Part shown: positions 55,933 through 64,000 of the stretch, piece by piece
How the letters are laid out: every line of letters begins with the position of its first letter
Numbering within the stretch: the first letter of the stretch is position 1
IMG/VR virus record: IMGVR_UViG_3300013497_000039
Location: 1-64,000 of that record
Strand: one strand, 5' to 3'
Length of the DNA: 64,000 nucleotides
Source: an uncultured virus (IMG/VR IMGVR_UViG_3300013497_000039)
Taxonomy: Duplodnaviria > Heunggongvirae > Uroviricota > Caudoviricetes
Program-made: the position numbers and the translations under genes
Notes under the pieces: model-generated
Databases searched by the model: none
What the model was told of the DNA's origin: nothing
The model's input: the letters and a program-made list of their open reading frames with translations, nothing else

Positions 55933-58076
55933 CTCTCATTTCCGGAAGGAGCTTCCATAAAGTCTGCCTCAAGAACATCTGCCAATAAATGACCTGCCAG
56001 GTGCCCCCTCCAAATCTTGGCTTTTGTCCTCCTCAGTTCTGCAAATTCTTCAATACGGAGCCTTGCACTCTCGGCAGACAATTTTATATCTTCCTCAGAT
56101 AATCTCTTTTGTATTTCTTTCTGCCATTTTTCAAGGAATCTTTTAGCCTCTTTAAAATCCGGATTCTGTTTATCTCCAATTGTTCTTTTTTGACGGACAG
56201 AACCACCCGGTTCAATTTCTAAAGTGTAGTACGGTTTATCCAACTCTTCTTGTTTTCTCAAAAAAACTATATATGATTCCCTTGTCTGAATCCGTTCAAA
56301 ATATATATCACTTCTATCTAGGCAGTGTCCAAGGACTTGGCCTTCCGTTATGATATCCTCAATTCTGTTTGGGGCAATAATTGCATAATGCTTATCAGCG
56401 AATTCGTACTTCTCTTTAACAGACATACATATTTGATCAATATCAGGAAATTTCTCAGCAATTTCTCCGGCTCTCTTTGCAATCTCCTGTCCACCGCTAA
56501 GCTTCACCACTTCATCATGACTTTTTATCAAATCCTTTGGTTTATACACCAATTCAATTCTTGTGTCCATTTTCAGTCGGTTAGCCATGCATAGGTAATC
56601 TTCCCAGGTGGACAACAATTCTTTAGGTTTCCGTCCGCTTAGTGCATATTGCTTCCGCAGGAAGTTGAATATCTTTGTTTCGCTCATTCTGTCAGAAATG
56701 AATTTCAACTTATCTGGCATGATACTTTCCTTTTCAAAATACCGTATGATTTCATCTGAAATAGTTTTAACATTTCGCTTTTCAAACTTAATCCATTCAA
56801 GAAAGAAGTTTCCGCCATTATTTTCTCTGAGCCTTTTTAATCTCTGCTTATCAATATTCAGTGCTTTCGCCAAATCATTGATGTTCTTAATATCCAATTT
56901 TTTATCACCAAATGCTATCTCACCAGCAAGCCTAGTTAGGCCTGCCTTTGCAAGCTGTTCCAGATATGCCTTGTGTCTTAAAGCATAAAGATATTTCTCC
57001 GGATCAATCCTGTCTAAAGAATTTATCATTTCTGGTAACCCAGTCCGGTTCAATTCATTTTTAGACAACGAGGATATTGTTCGTTTGTATACCCTCCCTC
57101 TTTTCGAACTATAACAACTATACCCTTCTGATTTAATCCATCGTGATTCCATTTGCTTGTAGAGCCCGTACCAGAATGCTTGAATATTCATATCTCTGTC
57201 ATAAATAACCCGCCTATCTTCAAAACAGCATTTGTCTGGTTTCTCGTATTTTCCCTTGTAATAGTGTCTGTGAGCCGTAAACTCTCTGACAACAAAACCA
57301 TCATCGCAACGCTGAATAAGGTATACTGGTACACGTTCTGTAGTAAAGTTTCCAGCTTTCCCAATGGATTTGAACTTTACATCATGTCCACAACAGGAGC
57401 ATTTTCCATCCGAATTATGCTTAGGTTTAGATATTGGGACTATTTTTTCACACCAAGTGCAATAACCTTTCGTGGCTCCTTTTCTGGAGTATTCATAAAA
57501 AATGTAGTTTTCAGGTATTCCGCTTTTATCCACCCAATGATTCCAATCCTTGGGAAGTTCGGGTATCTGTTCCATTGCCATATCCCATGGCCCTGTTTCT
57601 CTCCTGTATCTTTGTTTTAACTGGTCTTTTCTTACACTAAGCTGATAATCCAAAATACCTCTGTATCCACCGTTTTGGACTCCCAAATAGTTTTTAATGC
57701 TCTTATTCCCTTCTCTGTTTATAAACTTATCAGGAGAATATATTACGGTTTCCGGCCAAGAAAGCATATCTAGTTTTGCATTGCTCCATTTTTCATGAAG
57801 AACATCCCAGGTTATGAACTCTCCTGATTCTTTGTTTATGAATAATTCGTAAAGCGGTTTGTTACTTCCAAGTCGCATATTCTCTGTTACGAAAAAAGCA
57901 ACTTTTAAGATTCCGCTTAAGACCTGGCACCTCATGTATAGTCCATGTTTATATGCGTTTACACTGGCATTTTTCCACGAAACAGTTTTTAATCTCGGAA
58001 CATCCATTCCGGCTTTTTTCATCATAGTATCAGTTGCATACAATCTCCTGAGTTTTCTCAGCTGCTCTTTTTTCAC
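55923..58076 (-). CDS. PcfJ-like protein
   Basis: DYL.MA..L, P.DL..SHD, EG..LGHC, FLRK....PYYTLE. Confidence 0.85.
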   Translation of the reverse strand: MKKEQLRKLRRLYATDTMMKKAGMDVPRLKTVSWKNASVNAYKHGLYMRCQVLSGILKVAFFVTENMRLGSNKPLYELFINKESGEFITWDVLHEKWSNAKLDMLSWPETVIYSPDKFINREGNKSIKNYLGVQNGGYRGILDYQLSVRKDQLKQRYRRETGPWDMAMEQIPELPKDWNHWVDKSGIPENYIFYEYSRKGATKGYCTWCEKIVPISKPKHNSDGKCSCCGHDVKFKSIGKAGNFTTERVPVYLIQRCDDGFVVREFTAHRHYYKGKYEKPDKCCFEDRRVIYDRDMNIQAFWYGLYKQMESRWIKSEGYSCYSSKRGRVYKRTISSLSKNELNRTGLPEMINSLDRIDPEKYLYALRHKAYLEQLAKAGLTRLAGEIAFGDKKLDIKNINDLAKALNIDKQRLKRLRENNGGNFFLEWIKFEKRNVKTISDEIIRYFEKESIMPDKLKFISDRMSETKIFNFLRKQYALSGRKPKELLSTWEDYLCMANRLKMDTRIELVYKPKDLIKSHDEVVKLSGGQEIAKRAGEIAEKFPDIDQICMSVKEKYEFADKHYAIIAPNRIEDIITEGQVLGHCLDRSDIYFERIQTRESYIVFLRKQEELDKPYYTLEIEPGGSVRQKRTIGDKQNPDFKEAKRFLEKWQKEIQKRLSEEDIKLSAESARLRIEEFAELRRTKAKIWRGHLAGHLLADVLEADFMEAPSGNERCG

Positions 58077-58639
58077 GATTCTTCCCCCTTTTCATATGGA
58101 ACTCCTTCTACCGTATACCATGTGTCTGGCAGAAAGTTCACACCGTCAATTTTATAAACTGCAATATCATTAATTTCAGAACTGCTTTTATCCTCTCTGG
58201 CAAATCCCAAGAAAGCACCCTTAACACCTTTTGCAATGGGCTGTTTGCCCCTTACAATAACAAATTTACCATAGGCTTCTGCCTCATCCATTCGCACATT
58301 GCCATTCATCTTGCGAAGAGGATGATTGCTTATATATATAAGGCTTTCCATTAAAAATTCTTCCATGGTCAGTTCTTTAAGAAGCAACATTTCTGTACAG
58401 GATATCTTGCTGTCTTCACCATCTTCGTTGATATCTCCACCGGCATCCACTATGTAATAAACCGAATTATCCCAGTCCGAATAATAACTAAGACAATCCA
58501 AAGGATCTTCAGCACAATGAAAACCATCTTTCCTGCAATTTGCAGCTTCAGTAGTATTTATTACCCCAAGTCTGTACTGGAACCTATTCCCACCAGCGGT
58601 GCAGGATAAGTCTTTCTCAAATCCCTTGTACGCTATCAT
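58073..58639 (-). CDS. Conserved phage protein (AYKGF...GFHC family)
   Basis: MIAYKGF..DL.C, GFHCAE.PLDCL.YY. Confidence 0.7.
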   Translation of the reverse strand: MIAYKGFEKDLSCTAGGNRFQYRLGVINTTEAANCRKDGFHCAEDPLDCLSYYSDWDNSVYYIVDAGGDINEDGEDSKISCTEMLLLKELTMEEFLMESLIYISNHPLRKMNGNVRMDEAEAYGKFVIVRGKQPIAKGVKGAFLGFAREDKSSSEINDIAVYKIDGVNFLPDTWYTVEGVPYEKGEES

Positions 58640-58651
58640 TTAAAAACCCCC

Positions 58652-60022
58652 TTAAATCATGTCAAATAACGAAAACTGCCCTTCCATGTCATTTTTCTTT
58701 TTGTCCACTTTTTGATTATTAATAGAATCCTCCACCTTGGCGGCAGCTTTGATTTTATGCTGAGCAGGCTTCTGAACATTTTCTTTCTTGGCAGAATTAT
58801 TGACGGCCTTTTCCGCAACTTCCTTTTCTACCTGTTCTTTATCATCCAGCTGATAATATTCAAAAAACCAATTAAGCACCATATCCGAGGTTGCAGCAAC
58901 AACAATCGGCTTCTCACCAGATCTTGCCATGTCCTTTTCATGCTGTGAGGGAGTGTTGATTTCCATAGCCTTCTTACCGGCATAACGGTAACAGCGTTCC
59001 CAACTCTTATGCTCCTGTAAAACAGCAGCATCAAAGGCCGGTGTCTCTTCACACTTTCTAATTAGCTCTCCAAAAACGGAATCTAACTGCTGACGATACA
59101 TATCACGATATTCTGCATTTACCTTCTTAAGCTGCTCCGTTTTCTCAAATTCAAGCTTTTCTGCTCCGGTGCTGAATTGTTTTTTTACATTTTCATCCAT
59201 AATTTCATTCTCCTTTTTAATCTCGAAAAAGAAATAGAACCTGTCTATTGATATCTCACTCTTTACTTTTTTTGATTCCGGCGGGAACATTACATGAATC
59301 ATTCGGCGACCGGTCCATGCCTGGGAATTGTAAAAAGTGGTGTACCAAAACTCCTGGCCATCCTGTTCTGCCGGCATCAAGGGATTTCCGAGTATTGGAT
59401 TTGTAAGAGAATTCCCAATTACTATGTATCCCGGACACCCAAGCAAAGAGAGTTGAATGTAAGCCATCAAGCCAACCACCCGGTCTACGTCCTGGCCTAT
59501 AAATAACACATGGTCATGATAGTAAACCTTTTGCCGGCGCATAGTATTGGCAGCTGCTATCAGCATGGCGCCACCGCCTACACAAGGATCGCAGATTGAT
59601 ATCCACCCTTGCTTATCTATCTGCTCTTGGCAATTCCCCATGGTCATTTCCGCCATGGCCCTGCTAACACTGTAAGGAGTAAAAAATTGACCTTTCCAAT
59701 GATTCCCGAGTTGCAATTCCATGTAAAGCGAACCAAGGAAATCCTGATCCGGATTAACTTCCATTGCTTCAACAATGATTGCAAATAGCTGGGCCGGCTT
59801 CTCCACTCCACCAAGGCGCTTAATACATTCGGCATATTCCTTTTCCCTGTTTTCAAATTTATCCGGAGTTCTGTCTGTTACATTGCTTATAGTACAGGCT
59901 ATTGCTGTTATTACGTCCGCCCATACTTGCCAGTCATTTCTCGAATAACACAACTCATTGAAAATTTTTATAAATTCTCCCTTTTTACCCTGAGCCGAAT
60001 AGGATCTTGCCTTTCTCGACAT
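58652..60022 (-). CDS. N6-adenine DNA methyltransferase-like domain in frame with a PcfK-like domain
   Basis: GQFFTP, DPCVGGG; internal RBS AAGGAG plus ATG at 59200. Confidence 0.75.
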   Translation of the reverse strand: MSRKARSYSAQGKKGEFIKIFNELCYSRNDWQVWADVITAIACTISNVTDRTPDKFENREKEYAECIKRLGGVEKPAQLFAIIVEAMEVNPDQDFLGSLYMELQLGNHWKGQFFTPYSVSRAMAEMTMGNCQEQIDKQGWISICDPCVGGGAMLIAAANTMRRQKVYYHDHVLFIGQDVDRVVGLMAYIQLSLLGCPGYIVIGNSLTNPILGNPLMPAEQDGQEFWYTTFYNSQAWTGRRMIHVMFPPESKKVKSEISIDRFYFFFEIKKENEIMDENVKKQFSTGAEKLEFEKTEQLKKVNAEYRDMYRQQLDSVFGELIRKCEETPAFDAAVLQEHKSWERCYRYAGKKAMEINTPSQHEKDMARSGEKPIVVAATSDMVLNWFFEYYQLDDKEQVEKEVAEKAVNNSAKKENVQKPAQHKIKAAAKVEDSINNQKVDKKKNDMEGQFSLFDMI

Positions 60023-60026
60023 TTCA

Positions 60027-60680
60027 TTACCCCTTCTTTGTTTCCCTGTCCGATACTTTTTCGGTCAAGGATTGTTTTAATTCCTCCAACAATTTATGTA
60101 CCCGTTCCGGTGCTGCTCTAAAAATATCCGAAGATTCAATACGTTTTTCTTCTGTGCTTTCAATTCTTTGAACTGGAGGAGTGTTATCCTCTATCATTTT
60201 TTCTTTGTCATTTCTCACAAAACAGGGGAGCTGGGTTTGTTTTCTTTCCTCTTTAACCATGCCCTCATAAATTCTCTGAAAATGGGCCCTGTCAGCGACC
60301 GGGTTATCACTCTGGCATAAATTTAAAAATCCCATACGTCTCACAGCTACGGCAGTCAATTTGCTTAAAGAAGCTATTGCCTCCACTTCTCTATAGCTTC
60401 CGAATTTACGGATTGCCACCAATACCTCTTCCCAGGCTTCTCCCCAATCTGTAATCATTGGCGACAGGCGCGCCGAACACTTCTCCCTTATTTCTGCAAT
60501 GCTTGGAGGGAATACTGATATGCTTATATGTTCCCATACCGCATTCTCAACTACACGATAATCCAAATCTGCCAAGGCCCGGTACCATGTTTTCATGGCA
60601 TACTTATCCATAAGTGCATTTGAATTCGGATAGGCTGCTTTTATAGCCAAAGCAATTGTTTCAAACTCATTATCTGTCAA
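60027..60680 (-). CDS. Replicative helicase loader/inhibitor (G39P-like)
   Basis: AAYP, W...L.DLDY, FPPSIAEIR, EAW..V. Confidence 0.75.
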   Translation of the reverse strand: MTDNEFETIALAIKAAYPNSNALMDKYAMKTWYRALADLDYRVVENAVWEHISISVFPPSIAEIREKCSARLSPMITDWGEAWEEVLVAIRKFGSYREVEAIASLSKLTAVAVRRMGFLNLCQSDNPVADRAHFQRIYEGMVKEERKQTQLPCFVRNDKEKMIEDNTPPVQRIESTEEKRIESSDIFRAAPERVHKLLEELKQSLTEKVSDRETKKG

Positions 60681-61594
60681 TCATTCCACCCCCTGATTGA
60701 TTCAGCATACTGTTCTGTTGTCATGCTCCGGAGCTTAGTTCCCATTTGAGGTCCCCTAGTCTTTGCTCTACTCTGCATAATAAGCGTTTCAAATTTTTCC
60801 CGAAACTTTTTAGCACTCCTGATATTGGATTTCCAGAAAGTATCCGTCGTAGCATATGTAAGGGCCTCAATAATTTCAGCCTCATTCCTTTTATCCAAGC
60901 GTTTCATTCTTTCAATGTCTAAAGCCCATTTTTTCTTTTCAGGAGGTGTAGTGGGAACTTTAGAATTCGGGAAGGTCTCAATACAGGACTTAATAATCAT
61001 ATCCACGCATTGATATTCAAAATCGCCTATAGGGTTCTTATCAACCTGAACCACTGGTTTCATAGAATCGTTGGCCAAAGGCTCAACAATTTCTTTTTCC
61101 TCTATCTCTGTCTCTTTATCTCTTTCTCTATCTCTAATCTCTGTCTGGAGTTTTTTTGGATATTCATTGGAATTTGATTGGAAATTTTCCAGCTTGTTAT
61201 TATTGGAACTTGTTTGGAAATTCTCCAACTCTTCACCTTTTCTTTTATATTTAGCCCACTGACTTTCGGAGCCAACCATTTGTTGTAATCCTGGGAGAAA
61301 TATCTCACCATTTTCAAGAATTTCAACCAACCCGATATTCTTTAAAAGCTCCATTGCAACAACAACTGTATCAAAATCTGTCTTAGTAATTTCTGATAAT
61401 TTTTTCATATCGTACGGTACCAACATAGTACCTACAACTCGTATTAAAATACCGTCTGTTTTAAGAGATTTCAGGCAAAGTTTGAGATAAAATAGAGCAT
61501 ATTCTTTTCCTTTTGGCTGTTCTTCAATCCAACCAATTGCATCATCATCAAAAAAATCTTCTTTCAATTTCAGCCAATAATACTTTTTTGCCAA
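60677..61594 (-). CDS. Phage replisome organiser / replication initiator
   Basis: YYWLKLKEDFF N-terminus; D.FW..NI.S..K.R..F C-terminus. Confidence 0.88.
   Translation of the reverse strand: MAKKYYWLKLKEDFFDDDAIGWIEEQPKGKEYALFYLKLCLKSLKTDGILIRVVGTMLVPYDMKKLSEITKTDFDTVVVAMELLKNIGLVEILENGEIFLPGLQQMVGSESQWAKYKRKGEELENFQTSSNNNKLENFQSNSNEYPKKLQTEIRDRERDKETEIEEKEIVEPLANDSMKPVVQVDKNPIGDFEYQCVDMIIKSCIETFPNSKVPTTPPEKKKWALDIERMKRLDKRNEAEIIEALTYATTDTFWKSNIRSAKKFREKFETLIMQSRAKTRGPQMGTKLRSMTTEQYAESIRGWND
61145..61230. repeat. Iterons (phage ori) inside the initiator gene
   Basis: TGGA at 61146, 61157, 61168, 61179 and 61204, 61215 (11-bp period); palindromes TTGGAAATTTTCCAG and TTGGAAATTCTCCAA. Confidence 0.7.
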
Positions 61595-61640
61595 TCAGTA
61601 AACCTCCCTTACCAGGAGGGAAGAATCCCTCCTGAATGTT

Positions 61641-64000
61641 TTAATAAATAACCTTACTTCCGTTTTCTGTCTTCACCACATCCAGATTCTGAGGGAAGCG
61701 GGCTTTCATAGTTGGGTCATGGGTGATAGCCATGATTTTTATATTTCCGTAACGATCCCTGATTGTTTCCAGTGCGTCACAGTATGCCTGAATACCGTCC
61801 TGATCCAAAAATGGAGGTTCATCAATAAATAACATGCCAAACTGAATTCCAGCGGTAGAAGCCTTAATCTCGGCTAGGGCAAGGATAACTGACAGAGAGG
61901 CCTTCACCTTTTCCCCTCCGGATTTAGAGAGGTAAGGCAATGAAGATTTTCCATATTCCTCGATGAAAATATCCAAAGTCACAACCTCTTTTTTGCTATT
62001 GCTCTTCATGGTCTTTTCTGTTACAAAATCAACTCCAAGCTGCCCGCCGGTCATTTGTCCTAAAATATTATTTGCGGTTGTAGAAAGCTTAGGTATTACA
62101 GTTCTGATAATCTGGTGCTGAATACCATCTTGAGAAAAGGCCACTTTTAAATCCTCATAATCAGCAGCGCCTACAGCCATATCGCTGATTTCCTTTTGAA
62201 TATCCTCAATAACTTTCTCCATCCGTCTGATCTCTTCAATTTTCTGTTTCAACCCACCTATGGTCATTTGAAGGTTTTTGGATTCCTCCGAAAAATGGTC
62301 TATATCTGTTTGTATGAAACGGATCTGTTCTTCTAAAAAGTCAATACCAGAAGCTACATTTAATTCTTCTTGGGCTTGGTCCTGCCTTTCCTGTAATTCA
62401 ATATTTATTTCTCCTAATTCCTTATCCAATTCACCCAACCGCATTTTAGCTGTATCTTTTCGCTCTTTTGCAACAGGTATCTGTCTTTCCTTTTCAAGCC
62501 ATATTTTCAGCGATTCCATATCCTTTATGACCTGTTCATGTTTTGAAAAAGAGTCTTGATACTTGTCTCTCTCTCCCTCCACCTCTTTAGCCTTTAAAAT
62601 CAGTGCAGCAAGTCTTTCTTCCGTTTGAGATAAGTTTGACTGCAGATTTTCAATGGTTGCATTTATTAAGGCTATTTCGGTTATGAACTCCTGCATTGCT
62701 TTGTATCTGTTTTCATATATTTTAAGAGCTTCACATTCTCTCTGCAGTTCTTCCAGGGCAGATTGAGAAAATCCCAATTTGTCTCTTTCCGCTTCCGCTG
62801 CTCTTAACTGTTCTTCCCATTCTGGCACAACAGAGTTACGTTCAGTTTCTAAAGACACAAACTTTTCTGGATATTCCTTCAGGAGATTTTTAGCTTCTAT
62901 GGCATCGGCTAAGAAACGGCACTTTGCATTTTCAATATCAATACAGTTTGAATCTTCCAATAAAGCGGTTTTTCTCTCCAGTGCCGCCTGCTCACTCTTC
63001 AAGGATCGCTCCATTTCGTTATAAAGCGCCCGCTTACTATCTAGGGAATATGCTTTTCTTTCCCTTAAATCTGCCAACCGAGTATACTCCTGAGAGGTTA
63101 AAAACATTTTGTCAAGTTGTTCTTTTTTCTCCAGATATTCGGCTGCTTTTTCCTTTACTAATTCCTGTTCTTCGGGATCCGCCTGACCTTTTAGTCTTTC
63201 AGTTTGGTCTTTCAGTTCTAATCGATATTTTTCAATATCCTGATTTACTCCTGCAATTTCAGCATTTATAGAAACAGCTTCCATAATCTTGGCCTTGTAC
63301 ATAGTTGCACCTTCAATTAGTTGCTTTTCTAATTCGACCAATTGCTTATATTTTTCTACATTACCGGATATCTCAACTTCCTCTGATAAAATTGCTTCAC
63401 AGTCTTTAATGATATTGTCCTGTTGGGCTCTATTTTGCTCTGTAGCACGCTTTTTGTCCGTCAGGATAGTAATACTATCAATCAGTTTTGTATACCGTTC
63501 CTTGGCTGCTTTCTTGGCATTAAGAAGAGTTGAAGCACTTTCCTTTTCCAGATTTTTTGTAATTAGTTTCTGTTCTACTTCCTTTAATCCGGACTCTTCA
63601 CGCTCCAATTCTTCAACCGGCTGACCAGCTAAAAGAATATTATCAGCCTGAACCTTGATACTCTGCTTTTTCCCGGCAATTATCCGATTAAGCTCAGCTG
63701 CCTTATCTTTTGAAATATTCTCCATTACTCCATAAATGCCAAGCCCTAGAAGATTACTGAGAACCACCATTCTTTCATCCTTTTTTGCCTGTAGGAAAAG
63801 TCCATACTGGTCTTGCATAATAAGAGCACAGGATTTAAAGGTCATACTATCCACGCCAATCAACTTTTCAATATCTTCCTGTGTATCATTAAATTTCTCT
63901 TGACTTCGGTCCTCCCATTCTCCAGCTACCAATTCCGCAAGATTAAGGGTTCCTTTTCCTGACTTTGCCCTTGTTCTGGTTATGCGGTATGTCTTTGTTC
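61641..64000 (-). CDS. SbcC/Rad50-like SMC ATPase (5' end outside the window)
   Basis: Q-loop IMQDQYG, long coiled coil, SGGE signature, LFIDE, ITHD. Confidence 0.88.
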   Translation of the reverse strand, partial: TKTYRITRTRAKSGKGTLNLAELVAGEWEDRSQEKFNDTQEDIEKLIGVDSMTFKSCALIMQDQYGLFLQAKKDERMVVLSNLLGLGIYGVMENISKDKAAELNRIIAGKKQSIKVQADNILLAGQPVEELEREESGLKEVEQKLITKNLEKESASTLLNAKKAAKERYTKLIDSITILTDKKRATEQNRAQQDNIIKDCEAILSEEVEISGNVEKYKQLVELEKQLIEGATMYKAKIMEAVSINAEIAGVNQDIEKYRLELKDQTERLKGQADPEEQELVKEKAAEYLEKKEQLDKMFLTSQEYTRLADLRERKAYSLDSKRALYNEMERSLKSEQAALERKTALLEDSNCIDIENAKCRFLADAIEAKNLLKEYPEKFVSLETERNSVVPEWEEQLRAAEAERDKLGFSQSALEELQRECEALKIYENRYKAMQEFITEIALINATIENLQSNLSQTEERLAALILKAKEVEGERDKYQDSFSKHEQVIKDMESLKIWLEKERQIPVAKERKDTAKMRLGELDKELGEINIELQERQDQAQEELNVASGIDFLEEQIRFIQTDIDHFSEESKNLQMTIGGLKQKIEEIRRMEKVIEDIQKEISDMAVGAADYEDLKVAFSQDGIQHQIIRTVIPKLSTTANNILGQMTGGQLGVDFVTEKTMKSNSKKEVVTLDIFIEEYGKSSLPYLSKSGGEKVKASLSVILALAEIKASTAGIQFGMLFIDEPPFLDQDGIQAYCDALETIRDRYGNIKIMAITHDPTMKARFPQNLDVVKTENGSKVIY

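Larger units (their letters stand above)
14271..64000 (-). mobile_element. Prophage with contractile tail (PBSX/Xkd-type myovirus), right end outside the window
   Basis: Ordered replication, late regulator, terminase, portal, capsid, sheath, tube, baseplate and lysis genes on one strand. Confidence 0.95.

Noticed and set aside
1..64000. tRNA or rRNA genes and a second VR
   Set aside because: None recognised by eye; a tRNAscan run and a TR self-search would be needed to exclude them

Overview
The window holds two tandem integrated elements, probably from a Clostridia/Lachnospiraceae-like host (inferred from gene content). (1) 90-14282: a ~14.2 kb phage-satellite/PICI-like element bounded by a 12-bp direct repeat (TTATTCAAACTC; on the minus strand Glu-Phe-Glu-stop, resembling the 3' end of guaA). 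It carries a tyrosine integrase, divergent repressor/Cro, an excisionase-like protein, a primase-VirE helicase with an adjacent ori, a cold-shock protein, two paralogous helical proteins and a sigma-70 factor. It also has two unusual non-coding arrays of non-identical short palindromes. (2) 14271 to the window end: a PBSX/Xkd-type contractile-tail prophage on the minus strand, truncated on the right in its replication module. It carries a DGR (RT with a YMDN motif, TR/VR differing only at adenines and nearly all A->G, no visible avd). The region upstream of the DGR target shares an exact 18-bp site with the promoter region of an XRE regulator 5.5 kb away. The prophage also has a PRTase+NADAR two-gene island next to att, and a symporter/PAPS-reductase/amidotransferase/ParB/IbrAB cluster just upstream of the terminase that looks like a DNA-modification module. 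All calls come from reading the sequence and recognising motifs; no database searches were run.
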